Positions 10,289 to 21,395 are shown, counted from the first letter of the stretch. The stretch is DNA of 64,000 nt from Alphaproteobacteria bacterium (GCA_965214705.1 OZ243972.1:4000001-4064000); one strand, 5' to 3'. Translations and numbers: made by a program. Notes: generated by a model not told the origin, from the letters alone.

Positions 10289-11203
10289 CTACGGAGCAGG
10301 CCCCCTCGACCGTGCAGTGACACGCATCGCTTTTCGGGGCAACCGGCCGTCGATGAACAGCAGGCCCACGCCAATGGTTGCAGCACCCGCGAGCTCGTGC
10401 AGGAAGATCGGCTCGGCGAGGATGAGGTTCCCGAGCGGCAGCGCGGTCACGGGGATCAGCAACGTCACCAGCATCACGTTGCTGGCGCCCGCGCGTGAGA
10501 GGATCTCGAAGAACACGACATAGGCGATGGCGGTCCCGAAGAGCGCAAGACCGCCGAGCGCCAGCCACGTCTCCGTACTCGGTGCCGGCAGGGTCCAGGG
10601 CCGGTCGACGATCGCCACCACCGCGATCATGACGAGGGTGGACGATAGAAGCTGGCAGGTCGCCGACCTGAGCGGTGGGACATTCTGCAGGTGCCGGCGA
10701 CCCCAGAGAGCCGCGAATCCATAGCTGAGCGCACCAGACAGACAGAGGCCGATGCCGAGCAGCCGCGCGTCGGTCACGGCGGCGTCCGGCCGGCTGATGA
10801 GGACCACGCCGACGACTCCCAGTAGCACGCCGACCACCCTGTGCGCGGTCAATCGCTCCTCCCGGAACGACGCCATCACCAGGGCGGTGAAGAGCGGCGT
10901 CATGGCGTTCATGATTGCGGTCAGGCCGACCCCGACTATGGTCTGCCCGGCGTTGAGAAAGCTGAAGGGCAGCACGTTGTTGAGCAGCCCCATGACGAGA
11001 AACGGCGTCCACGCGGCGAACCCGCGTGGCAGCGAATGTCCCAGAATCAGGGAGAGGGCCAGGAGAAGCGCTGCGGCGATCCCGACACGCGCCAGGACGA
11101 CGGTGAGAGGCGGCAGCTCGACCACAGCGACGCCGATGAAGAAGAAGGCCCCGCCCCATAGTACGGAGAGCAGCACCATCAGGCCCCACTCCGTGGTGTT
11201 CAT
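10289..11203 (-). CDS. DMT/EamA-family transporter
   Basis: About 10 hydrophobic helices; LWGGAF, NNVLPF, GTAIAY motifs. Confidence 0.9.
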   Translation of the reverse strand: MNTTEWGLMVLLSVLWGGAFFFIGVAVVELPPLTVVLARVGIAAALLLALSLILGHSLPRGFAAWTPFLVMGLLNNVLPFSFLNAGQTIVGVGLTAIMNAMTPLFTALVMASFREERLTAHRVVGVLLGVVGVVLISRPDAAVTDARLLGIGLCLSGALSYGFAALWGRRHLQNVPPLRSATCQLLSSTLVMIAVVAIVDRPWTLPAPSTETWLALGGLALFGTAIAYVVFFEILSRAGASNVMLVTLLIPVTALPLGNLILAEPIFLHELAGAATIGVGLLFIDGRLPRKAMRVTARSRGPAP

Positions 11204-11454
11204 CGCCTTGGGTTCTTGCACCGGAGACCTCGGTTCGAGCCGTCGCGACATGGGCGCCGGCACGGTGGCACGAGCATGCCGGCGCGGTCATCCCGTTTCT
11301 TGCGGTCGCGAATCGGCGCCGGGCACTGCGTTGGCGTTCTTGTCCTTTGTCTGTGCGTAAGGACCGTCAAACCACCCGGAGCTTCACCGGCGTTCTCCCA
11401 GCGTCGATGAAAGATCGGCCGATGCGATGAGCAATGGGCTTGCCGTCACTCACA

Positions 11455-11535
11455 GCCGCTCCGTTGGAGAAGAGCTGGCGTGCCGCTGTGATCCAGAAGG
11501 GGTCTGCGGCGTCCTTCTGGTGGGGGATCAGGCCG
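11455..11535 (-). pseudogene. Short fragment of a TraD/TrwB-like type IV coupling protein
   Basis: LIPHQKDAADPFWITAARQLFSNGAA carries the DPFW motif of coupling proteins; fits the nearby MOBF relaxase. Confidence 0.55.
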
Positions 11536-11928
11536 CTGCCATCGTGCCGATGCACGCCCGCCGGCGCGAGGGGCTTACAAGTTTCCCCCTGCGGCCTCTT
11601 TGAGGATCTGCTTGTCCAACGTCAGATCGGAGAGATCGTGTCCCGCCTCGTGGTGTAGGAGCCTGGCTTCGGCTGCGGTATCCGGCGGGTGGGGCCGGGA
11701 CGCTCAGGCTGCCACGACGGGCAACTTGACGGTGAGAGTGTCGCTCACGGGGGCGACGGATTCCAGTGTCATGTATCTCCTTGAGACGGCCCACTCGTCG
11801 TTCTGCTCAAGCAGCACGGCGCCGACCAGGCGGGTGATGGCGTCTTCGTTGGGGAAGATGCCGACGACGTTGGTTCGCCGCTTGATCTCGGCATGCAGCC
11901 GCTCGATAGGGTTGGTAACCGGTATGAA

Positions 11929-14024
11929 CCCATCTTTGCCATTTTGGCGCGCGCCTGCGACCTAAGTAGTTGCGATGATGGGCTGATTTTCTGGCCCATC
12001 TGGGATTATGGCACTACGTTTGTGCGCTCATCGCGACACTCCCGGGAGCACCGCCCGGCGCCTGTGGGGATCCACCGTGAGGCCCGCCGCCTGCGCGATG
12101 ACGCGCGCCTCGGCGTCGGGTTGAGCATCCTGGCGGATGACGATGCGGTTTCCGTCCACCTCCCGGATGGTGGAGGTGAGACGCACCCAGCCCGCGAGCT
12201 TGTCGCGGATCGTACTCCAGCGGTCATGCAAGCCGTGCGCCGCCAGACGGGTTCGCAGCAGATGAACCGCGTGGTAGGCGAGGACGGCGATGAACAGGTG
12301 GGCGGCGATGCGCGAGGTCTTGGAGTGCCAGACCGGGCGCAGGCCGATTTCGGATTTCAGGCTGCGGAAGGTGGCCTCGAGCTCTGTGAGCTTCCAGTAG
12401 GTTCGGACCACGGTTTCAAGATCCCACTCGACGTGGCTGGTGCGCAGCACATAGATGCCCGCTTGGCGGTCGCGCTCGGCATGGAGAGCGTTGCGCCTCC
12501 AGCGGACCGCACTGGCCCGCCCCTTCTCTCCGGGCTCGACCTCGATGTCGTACTGACGGTGGACGCGCCTGTACCTTTCCTTCAGCCGGCCCAGCTTCTC
12601 CATCACCTTGGTGAACTGCTTGATGTGGTTCTTCTTCGACAGCCCGCCATGCAGGGCGCGCAGGGCGTCCTCGAAGTTGTGACGCTGACGGGCGAGCACG
12701 GCCTCGTCCTTCTGCTGGCGCTCATGGCTCCAGACGCACAGGTGCGCTTCGTCGTCCCCTGCCGCGAGACGCCAGGCGCGGGCATCGTGGCCGGCCCGGG
12801 TTTCGAAGGCGGCATCGGCTTCGCGCCCGGGCGGCGCCGAGACGCCGCGGCGAACGGTGATCCAGTGATAGCCGCCCGCCCGCAGCCAGGCGAGGTTGGC
12901 CTCGGTGGAGATGCCGGCGTCCATGATGACCGTGGGCCTGGGGGCGTTGCTGCCGCGCGCTTGGCATTCCAGCCGCCCGATGGCGTCGGCGAGAGTGGCC
13001 GGCTCGGAGATGTTGCCGGGCAGGATCTCGCTGTGCTGCGGAAAGCCGGCCTGGTTCAGCGACAGGGCCAGGGTCACGATCGGACAATCGTCACGCCTCT
13101 GCTTCGAGCGCCCGAAGCGGGCCAGCGCGGAGCTGGGCCGTCCGGTCATATGGGTGTTGGTCAGGTCGAAGAAGACGATGGTGTCGGGGATGCCGAAGAG
13201 ATCGCGCTCCCGGGCGCACAGCGCCTCTTCAAGCGCCGCGCGGTGACGCCACAAGAGGTCGCCGATGCGGTAGAGCTTGCTGAGCGTGAGCGACTTGCCG
13301 CTGTCGACATCGAGCAACTCCAGGGTCGCGCTGTTCGCGCTCAGCCAGCGGAAGGCCTCGCGCTCGCTGGAGGGATGGATCATGCGCGCGACCACCAGTG
13401 CCGCCGCGATGCGTGCGTCGCGCTCACTTGCGCCCAGCCTCTCCAGCGTCTCGATGAAGCGAAGGTCGTCAAGCGCGGCGAGAGCCAGGCGCTCGCAGCC
13501 CACCGAGCGGACCTGTTCGTGGGAGAGGCTATCGAGACGGACCGTGGCCAGGTCGCTCTCGTCCCCGGGCCGCGACGCGCCGAGATCGCGGGCGTGAAGC
13601 CGCCGTACGACGTCCTCGGCGACGGGGCGCAAGGCGGCATCCGGCTCCAGCAGCGGCTCGCTGCCGGCGAGAAGGGTTTCGATCAGAAGCGCCAATTCGC
13701 GCCATTGCTCCTCGGGCACACCGAAGTCGGCGCCGAGATTGAGGAGCGTGACCTGGCGCACCCTTCCGCCGATGCGTTCGCTGCGCACGAGGCGGTAGGT
13801 GGCATAGCGCTCGCCACCGTCTCCGCGACCGGTGAGGGTTTTGCGAATGAACATGGCGGCAGGGTCACGGACAGTTTGCGGACTGTCAAGGAGCGCCGGC
13901 CCACAGACCAAAGATTATGGCACTACAATGGACTTCCCAAAACACAATCCAACAAAATCAGTGCCTTAGATCCCAAAGGCTACCCAAAATCAGGCCTTCG
14001 GGACCGAAAAGTGGCAAAGATGGG
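11929..14024 (-). mobile_element. IS1634-family element, copy 1
   Basis: 13-bp perfect IR CCCATCTTTGCCA / TGGCAAAGATGGG; 4-bp TSD TGAA (11925-11928, 14025-14028). Confidence 0.92.
12028..13854 (-). CDS. IS1634-family DDE transposase
   Basis: MFIRKT...YRLVRSER, FFDLTN, FGRSKQRRDDC, IMDAG, ELEATFRSLKSEIGLRPVWH. Confidence 0.92.
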   Translation of the reverse strand: MFIRKTLTGRGDGGERYATYRLVRSERIGGRVRQVTLLNLGADFGVPEEQWRELALLIETLLAGSEPLLEPDAALRPVAEDVVRRLHARDLGASRPGDESDLATVRLDSLSHEQVRSVGCERLALAALDDLRFIETLERLGASERDARIAAALVVARMIHPSSEREAFRWLSANSATLELLDVDSGKSLTLSKLYRIGDLLWRHRAALEEALCARERDLFGIPDTIVFFDLTNTHMTGRPSSALARFGRSKQRRDDCPIVTLALSLNQAGFPQHSEILPGNISEPATLADAIGRLECQARGSNAPRPTVIMDAGISTEANLAWLRAGGYHWITVRRGVSAPPGREADAAFETRAGHDARAWRLAAGDDEAHLCVWSHERQQKDEAVLARQRHNFEDALRALHGGLSKKNHIKQFTKVMEKLGRLKERYRRVHRQYDIEVEPGEKGRASAVRWRRNALHAERDRQAGIYVLRTSHVEWDLETVVRTYWKLTELEATFRSLKSEIGLRPVWHSKTSRIAAHLFIAVLAYHAVHLLRTRLAAHGLHDRWSTIRDKLAGWVRLTSTIREVDGNRIVIRQDAQPDAEARVIAQAAGLTVDPHRRRAVLPGVSR

Positions 14025-14028
14025 TGAA

Positions 14029-14255
14029 GATGTCGGTGCCGCTGTCTCCGTCGTGGTCCTTGGGGCTGTGACGTATGGTGCGACCATCCGGGACAAGAGG
14101 CACCGGGAGCACGAAGGTGCGGGCAGGCCGGTCCACACGATGAGCTGCGAGCTCGTGTTAGTAGCTGGCCGCCTCTGCGACTCGCCCGGTTGCGCCGAGA
14201 GCGCGGATCCGTAGGTGTCGTGTTGCCCGCCGCTCCCGTCACGCAAACGACAGGA
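14029..14255 (+). ncRNA. Candidate bridge RNA of the IS110 element
   Basis: About 230-nt non-coding left end; CCGGTT (14186-14191) and ATCCGTA (14207-14213) flank a hairpin and match the two halves of the circle junction CATCC-GT-AACCGG. Confidence 0.6.
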
Positions 14256-14263
14256 GGCGCGGA

Positions 14264-15502
14264 ATGCGACGTGTCATCGGCATCGACATCCACCGGACCT
14301 TCGGGGAGGTGGTGATCTAGGAGAACGGGGCTTTGCAGCACGCCGGCCGGGTGGATATGACCCGCACGGGATTGGAGGGCTTCGGCAAGGGCCTGCGGGC
14401 GACGGACGAGGTGGTGATCGAAGCGACGGGGAACTGCATGGCAGTCTCGCGTGTGCTGTCGCCCTTCGTGAAGCGGGTGGTGATCGCCAATCCGTTGCAG
14501 GTGAAGGCGATCGCGCACGCCCATGTGAAGACCGACAAGGTCGACGCGGGGACGCTGGCGAGCTTGTACGCGGCGGGGTATCTGCCCGAGATCTGGACGC
14601 CGGATGCGGCTACCGAGCGGCTGCGCCGGTTGGTGGCGCGGCGCTACCAGGTGGTGCGCCACAGGACGCGGCTCAAGAACGAGGTGCATTCGATCCTTCA
14701 TGCGCATCTGATCCCGAAGTGCCCGCACGCGGACCTGTTCAACCGGCGGGGGCGGTCGTGGCTGTCGCGCCAGCCCTTTCCCGACGACGAGCGTGCCGCG
14801 ATCGAGCGGCACATCCGTGAGCTTGATCGCCTGGGCGAGGACCTCGACCTCCTCGACCGCGAGATCGCGGAGAGTGCGCTGGACGATGCGGCGATCAAGC
14901 GGCTGATGACGATCACCGGTGTCAATCTCACCGTCGCGGTGGGACTGATGGCGGCGATCGGCGACATCGCCCGCTTCTCTTGCCCGCAGAAGCTGGTGAG
15001 CTACTTCGGCCTCAACCCGCGTGTGCGCCAGTCCGGTCTCGGCGCTGCCCACCACGGGCGGATCAGCAAGATCGGCCGCAGCCATGCCCGGACGATGCTG
15101 GTCGAGGCCGCCTGGGCGGCGGCAAAGGCCCCGGGGCCATTGCACGCCTTCTTCGTCCGCATCCGCGCCCGCCGCGGCCACCAGGTCGCCGCCGTCGCCG
15201 TCGTGCGCAAGCTGGCCGTCCTCTGCTGGCACATGCTGACCAAGGAGGAGGACTACCTCTGGGCCCGCCCGGCACTGGTGGCCAACAAGCTGCGCGCCAT
15301 GGAGCTGCAGGCCGGCAGGCCGCAGCAAAAGGGGAACCGGCGCGGACCGGCCTACGCTTACAACATCAAGGCGCTGCGCGACCAGGAGATCGATCTCGCC
15401 CGGCAAGCCGAGCGTAGCTACGAACGCTTCGTTGGCAACTGGCGTCCGCGCAAGCCACGGGACGGGGCGCGCGGACGCCTCAAGCCGGCAAGGCCTGAGT
15501 GA
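14264..15502 (+). pseudogene. IS110 recombinase with premature amber stop
   Basis: RBS GGAGG, MRRVIGIDIHR; in-frame TAG at 14318-14320 (probably TGG); EATG, KTDKVDA, GLNPRVRQSG motifs follow. Confidence 0.88.
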
Positions 15503-18500
15503 GGCAGCCCGGCGGCGCTTTCAGCCGCAGCGCCGCTCTTCGCCACGAGGTCGCCCGCGCAACCGACATCCTGCCACGGCCTCGAAGAAAGCGCTTGTCC
15601 ATCTCATCCGTCGAGTGCAGCTTGGTTCGGTGCTCCCTGGGGAAAGTCATGTAGGCCAGCACGTCGTGCTCGGCCTCGTCCATGAGGGTGGCGAGCTTGG
15701 GCGCCTTGGGCCTGAGCTGGTCGGCGACCAGGCGCCACTGGGCGCTTGCGGCCTCGGCGTCGTCCTGGGCGAAGGCGGTGGCGACGAAGGCAGACACGAC
15801 ACGCCGGCCCTGTCTGCCGGCATGGGCGAGCAGATTGCGCATGAAGTGGATGCGGCATCTCTGCCAGGTGGCGCCGAGGATGCGCCTGGCGGCGGCCTTG
15901 AGCCCCTTGTGGTCGTCGGAGATCACCAGCTTGACGCCGCCGAGCCCGCGCCGGGTGAGCGAGCGCAGGAACTCGGTCCAGAAGGTCTCGGCCTCGGACG
16001 CGCCGATCGCCATGCCAAGGACCTCGCGCCGGCCCTGGTCGTTGACCGCCACCGCGACGGTGACCGCGACCGGGACGATGCGCCCGGCCTCGCGCACCTT
16101 CACGTAGGTGGCATCCAGCCAGAGATAGGGCCAGTCTCCCTCCAGCGGGCGGTCGAGGAAGCTCCTGATCTTGTCGTCGATCTCGCCGCACAGCCTGGAC
16201 ACCTGGCTCTTGGAGATGCCGCTCATGCCCATCGCCTGCATCAGGTCGTCGACCGAGCGGGTCGACACGCCCTGGATGTAGGCCTCCTGGATCACCGCGG
16301 TCAGCGCCTTCTCGGCCATCCGACGCGGCTCAAGGAAGCCCGGGAAGTAGCTCCCCTTCCTCAGCTTCGGGATCTTCAGCGCCACCGTGCCCGCGCGGGT
16401 CTCCCAGGCCCGCTCGCGGTAGCCGTTGCGGTGGGTGATCCGCTCCGGCGAACGCTCGCCATGCGCAGCCCCGGTCAGCCCTTCCACCTCCAGCGCCATC
16501 AGACGCTCGGCCGCGAAGCCGATCATCTCGCGCAGCAGATCGGCGTCGGAACTCTTCTCCAAAAGCCCGCGCAGGGCCATCATGTCCTCGGTCATCGTGG
16601 TTCTCCTCGGTATCGGGTTGGCGTTGCACGACCCAACCCTAATCCGGAACCGCGATGGCCTCCGCTGTGGATAAGCAGCCCGCCGCCGCCAGACTCGCGG
16701 CGGTCGCGGCGGCGGGCTGCTTACCCACAGCTACCAACCGAAGCCAGAGCTCCTACACCACGCTTGGGGACACGACCATCGGAGACCGCACGGCGCAGCC
16801 GCTCGTTCTCCTTCTCGAGCTCCTTCAGACGACGAAGCTGATCGCCGCTCATCCCGGCGTACTCCTTGCGCCACCTGTAGAACGTGACTTCGCTGATCCC
16901 GAGCTGCCGGATCGCGTCCGCCATCGACGCTCCCTGACCGTGCAGAACCTCAGCCCGCCGCAGCAGGCTCACGATCTCCTCGGGCTTGTAACGCTTCCTT
17001 GCCATCGTCGGCCCTCCTCTTTCCATAACCTAAGGGTGGACCAATTCGATGGGAGAGGATCATCAGGGTGGGAGATGTCCGGTCGTCTGGCGCCCCGGCT
17101 TCCGCCATTCCATCGTCGTGCCTCGCAGCCACCTCAAGCGCGGGCGGGCCGTCGTGCCCGTCGCTTGCCTTCACTGACGGCTCAGGAGCGAGATACCCGC
17201 GCACGGCCGGGAGACTCCGCCTCATCGAATAGATGTCGACTTACAGGGGGCCTTTCTCGACGGCACCGAGCCGATTCGTACCCTGTGGGCACCCGCTTCG
17301 GTGAGACGTCTCACGCCGCCTCACGCTTCACCGCCTCGACCTTGGGTTGTGCGCGTGTGGCGCGGGCCGCGTTACAATCGCCGCAACGTCCGGCACCGGT
17401 TCAGGAAGTTTCGGCACCGGCAGTGTCGGTTGCGAAGCGCGTGGCGCCGGTTAGGGTAGCAGCCATGCGGAATGCTCCGAAGCGGAAAGCCTCGGATCAC
17501 GCTTCGTGAGCCCTGAATCAATGTGCGGCCGCGCGACGCGCTCGCTTTGCGCCTCGTGCGACGAGATCCAGTCGGCCAGGCAATGCCCAATGGCGCCGCA
17601 CACGACGCCCATGGGCAAGGCTACCGCCAGCCACCAGGGCGCGCACAGGTGAAGCGCGACGGGCACGGCCACGGCCGCAGCGACCAAGACGGTGCAAGAT
17701 GAGACTCCGAGTATGGGTCTTCATTCCACGAACCGATTCGACTCGCGCGCGACCCGACATCAACACTGACAATAAAGTCGAATGCGCCGCGCATCGTACG
17801 CTCTCTCGGTCCAGGCTTACGGCTATCTGATAAGGCGCTTGATTTCGACCGAAGCTGTGATCGTTCCCCCCTTCACGTATGCCTCGTGATTGCGCTCGAT
17901 CGCCCTGGGATCGTAAAGATAGTTGACCATCAAACCGGCTGATTGCGAAAGGCCCTTGGCCGATACGTCGCCGAGCCAGTTGATCCGCTCGAGGCGTGCC
18001 CCGTTGCGCAAGTGGAAGCGGGCAACCGGATCCAGCGGCCGCCCGCCCGATCCGACCTCCAACAGATAGCGTGCGCAAAGCCGCGTCAACGGTCCCTGCA
18101 TCTTCTCGGTGGCCTCTTCATTTCGGTGCCAGGAGGCCAGCGACAGGTGATCGATTGCCTCTGCCTCGTTTCCGGAGAGCGTATCGTCCGCTTTTCCGAC
18201 CACCGAGTTCAGCCATGCGCTGAACCCCAGGATCGGCGAAAGCGTTGCAAAGGTCTTCAAGCCCGGCAGTTCGTGAGCGAGTTCCACCACCACCTGCTTG
18301 ATTAGGAAGTTGCCGAAGGAAATGCCGACGAGCCCGGCCTGGCAATTGTTGATAGCATAGAAGACCGCCGTGTCGGCCTCCCCGGGATCGATTGTGCCTT
18401 CCGGAGCATCGATGAGCGTTTGCACCGCACTCGTCATTCCGCGTACCAGCGCCACCTCGACGAAGATCAGCGGCTCGCCCGGCAGCGCGGGGTGAAAGAA

Positions 18501-18813
18501 CGCAAAGCACCGCCTGTCTTCGGCAAGGCGGCGTTTGAGATCCGACCACCCCGACATCGGCTGCACTGCCTCGTAGCTCATGATCTTTTCCAGGAGCGTT
18601 GCCGGGCTCTCCCAATCGATCTTTTCCAGGTGGAGAAAACCGCGGTTGAACCAGGAGGTGAGCAAGTGCACGAAGTCCGCGTCGATCGCCTTGAGCGACG
18701 CGTCGTCCGTCAGCATCTTCAACGTAAGCGGTATCGGGCCCCCATACTTCCAGCGGATCTGATTTCGGGGCTGACTCTCCGCCTTGACCACGAGCCACAC
18801 AGGAGAGATCGCG

Positions 18814-19239
18814 ATGACAGATTCGATTTTGGCATCTGGCGACGGTGTCGCTGTTGCTTCGGTTGAGATCCCAGCTTCTGAGGGAGCCGCCCCGGCTCCG
18901 TCTGAGCCGGCCCCCATGCGACGCTGGCCGGACGATGAGAAGGCGCGGATTGTCTCGGAGAGCTTTGAGCCGGGCTCTTCGGTTGCGGCGGTCGCGCGCC
19001 GCCATGGCGTCAGCGATACGACCCTGACCAAGTGGCGGCGGCGCGCGCGGGAGGGAACTCTTCCGGGCGCTCGGATTGGTGGCTCTGCACCGCCATTTGT
19101 TCCCGTGGTGGTTGATAGCGTGACGTCCGAGCGGACGGTGGCGATCGAGGCGCTAGGCGTGGTCGTTCGCCTTCCGGTGGAGAGCGCGGTCGATCGGATT
19201 GTTGCGGTGGCCTCGGGCCTGGGCCGGGCGTCGTCATGA
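18814..19239 (+). CDS. tnpA: IS66 TnpA
   Basis: RRWPDDEKARIVSES...SVAAVARRHGV HTH; FVPVVV. Confidence 0.88.
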   Translation: MTDSILASGDGVAVASVEIPASEGAAPAPSEPAPMRRWPDDEKARIVSESFEPGSSVAAVARRHGVSDTTLTKWRRRAREGTLPGARIGGSAPPFVPVVVDSVTSERTVAIEALGVVVRLPVESAVDRIVAVASGLGRASS

Positions 19240-19586
19240 TCGCGGCCCCCTCGCTTCGCATCGTGTTGGCGACGCGGCCGGTTGATTTTCGTCGCGGCCA
19301 CGACGCGCTTGCGGCGACGGCGGCGGGGGAGCTGGACCTCGATATCTATTCCGGGGTGATCGTGATCTTCCGCTCGCGCCGCGGCGACAGGCTCAAGCTC
19401 CTTGCGTGGGACGGCAGCGGTCTGGTGATGACCTACAAGCGTCTGGAGCAGGGCCGCTTCGCCTGGCCTCGGATCGAGGATGGTGTGATGCGCCTTACGA
19501 AGGGCCAGTTCGAGGCCCTCTTCGAGGGTCTGGACTGGCGCCGGGTGAAGGCCCGCCCGGTTCGCCGCCCGCTGGCGGCGGAGTGA
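19236..19586 (+). CDS. tnpB: IS66 TnpB accessory protein
   Basis: PVDFRRGHDAL, FRSRRGDRLKLLAWDGSG, KRLEQGRFAWP. Confidence 0.93.
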   Translation: MIAAPSLRIVLATRPVDFRRGHDALAATAAGELDLDIYSGVIVIFRSRRGDRLKLLAWDGSGLVMTYKRLEQGRFAWPRIEDGVMRLTKGQFEALFEGLDWRRVKARPVRRPLAAE

Positions 19587-19679
19587 GGCGGCACGCAGGC
19601 GGGGCCGCAGATTTCGGTCGCGGTCCCGCCTGCACTTTTCCCTGGTCATGCATTGGCGAATCGGATTAAGGGGTGGCCC

Positions 19680-21395
19680 ATGCCGAAGGTCACGCCCTCA
19701 CCCCTCAGCAGCGCCGGTTCGCCGTCGCCTGCGGTGGTTTCGGCGGCGCTGGCGGCCCTGCATGCGGAGCTTGACGACGAGCGCGCGGCGCGCCGGGCGA
19801 CGGAAGCAGCCCTATGCGAAGCGGAGCAGGCACGCGGCGCGGCGGAGGCGGCGAGGCAGACGGCGGAAGCGCGGGCGGCACGGCTGGAGGCCGAGAACGC
19901 GCAGAGCGCGGAGCAGATCAGCCGGCTTGAGCATCTCAACAAGGAGCTCAGGAAGGCGCTGTTCGGTCCGCGCTCCGAGAAGCTCGGCGAGGACGAGCGC
20001 CAGCTTACGTTCGAGGAGTTTTGGGCGGCGATCGCTGAAGCCGGCGGTCGGCCCGAGGCAGATGACCAGGAGCAGGACGAGGGGGCTGGCGGCAAGCGCC
20101 GGCGGCGCTCTTCCCGGGGGTCGCGCAGCGGGGTGCGCTTCGGGCCCCAGGTCGACCGGCGCGAGGAGGTGATCGAGCCGGACACGATCATGTGCCCCTG
20201 CGGCTGCGGCGAGATGACGAAGATCGGCGAGGACCGCAGCGAGCGGCTGGACTATGAGCCGGCGAAGTTCACCGTCATCGAGACCGTGCGCCCCCGCTAC
20301 GCCTGCAACAAGTGCAAGGGGGGCGGGGTGGTGCAGTCGCCGGCGCCGGCCGCTCTGGTCGAGGGCGGCCTTCCCACCGAGGCTCTTCTGGCGCAGGTGC
20401 TGATCGCGAAGTACGGCGATCATTGCCCGCTCTATCGCCAGTCGCAGATCTACGAGCGCTCGGGGATCGAGGTTCACCGTGCGACGCTGGCGACGTGGGT
20501 GGGCCAGGCGTCGTTTCACCTGCGCCCCGTGGTCGCTTGCCTGGAGGATGAGCTGAAGAAGTCGGATCACCTGGGTCTGGACGAGACCACGATCCGCGTT
20601 CTCGACCCGGGCCGGGGCAAGACGAAGACGGGCTACATGTGGACCCTTGTGCGTGACGAGCGCCACTGGAGCGGCACGGACCCGCCGGGCGTCGTCTATC
20701 GCTATGCGCCCGGCCGCGGCGGCAAGTATGGCGCCGAGCTTATGGAGGGCTTTTCGGGGACGGTGCAGCTCGACGGCTACTCGGGCCACAACATCCTGGC
20801 GCGGCCGGACCGGGCGGAAGGCCCTGTGACGCGGGCCCTCTGTTGGGCGCATGTAAGACGGAAGCTGAAAGAGGTATACGACTCGAGCGCATCGCCGATC
20901 GCGCTGGCCGGTCTGAATCGGATCGCGAAGCTCTATGCGATCGAGAAGAAGATCCGGGGCAAGCCGCCGGCGGAGCGCCGCGCGATCCGTTGGGAGGAGT
21001 CGGCGCCGATCGTGAACACCTTCGGTGTCTGGCTCGACGAGCAGCGCTCGCGCGTCTCACCGCGCTCGCGTCTCGGCGAGAAGCTGACCTATATCGCCAA
21101 CCAGTGGGACGGGCTGCTGGAGTTCCTGCACGACGGTCGTGTCGAGATCGACTCGAACCTGGTGGAAAACCGAATCCGGCCGCTGAAGCTCACCGCCAAG
21201 AACGCGCTCTTCGCCGGCAACGACGAGGGTGCGCAAGCCTGGGCCCGCATCGCCTCGCTGATCGAGACCTGCAAGATGAACGGCGTCGAGCCCTACGCCT
21301 GGATGCGGAGCACGCTCGAGAAGATCGCCAAGGGCCACCCGCAGTCGGGCATCCAGGAGCTTCTGCCGTGGAACTTCCAGCCCGAGGCAAAATGA
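19680..21395 (+). CDS. tnpC: IS66 TnpC DDE transposase
   Basis: FGPRSEK, CPCGC zinc finger, KYGDHCPLYRQ, DET, DGY, CWAHVRRK, DSNLVENRIR. Start codon uncertain (19653 or 19680). Confidence 0.93.
   Translation: MPKVTPSPLSSAGSPSPAVVSAALAALHAELDDERAARRATEAALCEAEQARGAAEAARQTAEARAARLEAENAQSAEQISRLEHLNKELRKALFGPRSEKLGEDERQLTFEEFWAAIAEAGGRPEADDQEQDEGAGGKRRRRSSRGSRSGVRFGPQVDRREEVIEPDTIMCPCGCGEMTKIGEDRSERLDYEPAKFTVIETVRPRYACNKCKGGGVVQSPAPAALVEGGLPTEALLAQVLIAKYGDHCPLYRQSQIYERSGIEVHRATLATWVGQASFHLRPVVACLEDELKKSDHLGLDETTIRVLDPGRGKTKTGYMWTLVRDERHWSGTDPPGVVYRYAPGRGGKYGAELMEGFSGTVQLDGYSGHNILARPDRAEGPVTRALCWAHVRRKLKEVYDSSASPIALAGLNRIAKLYAIEKKIRGKPPAERRAIRWEESAPIVNTFGVWLDEQRSRVSPRSRLGEKLTYIANQWDGLLEFLHDGRVEIDSNLVENRIRPLKLTAKNALFAGNDEGAQAWARIASLIETCKMNGVEPYAWMRSTLEKIAKGHPQSGIQELLPWNFQPEAK

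Larger units (their letters stand above)
11917..15611 (+). mobile_element. IS110-family element (long 5' non-coding end) interrupted by IS1634
   Basis: No TIR; 2-bp core GT at both junctions (11915-11916, 15610-15611); removal restores the IS256 STN codons. Confidence 0.85.
11704..16595 (-). pseudogene. IS256 transposase, split (16595-15610 plus 11914-11704)
   Basis: [32 protein letters not shown], ...KLHST joins [14 protein letters not shown] once the insert is removed. Confidence 0.92.
11634..16777 (-). mobile_element. IS256-family element interrupted by IS110
   Basis: IRs GATCGTGTCCC / GGGACACGACC; 8-bp TSD ATCGGAGA at 11626-11633 and 16778-16785. Confidence 0.92.
11546..17062 (-). mobile_element. 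IS3-family remnant; orfA split by IS256, orfB deleted after a few codons
   Basis: IRL TGATCCTCTCCC ending at 17062; orfA MARKRYKPEEIV...RRAVSD (17005-16778) continues as LTLDKQILKEAAGGNL* (11633-11575); orfB begins SPSRRRACI then breaks off. Confidence 0.85.

Noticed and set aside
11893-14214. 773-aa + strand ORF (also 33850-36183 and 49239-51743)
   Set aside because: Antisense shadows of IS1634 transposases crossing element borders.
17451-17760. Small hydrophobic ORF
   Set aside because: Appears frameshifted and has no identifiable family.
17823-19649. 608-aa ORF as a novel fusion protein
   Set aside because: Chimera of antisense IS66 sequence and the decarboxylase C-terminus.
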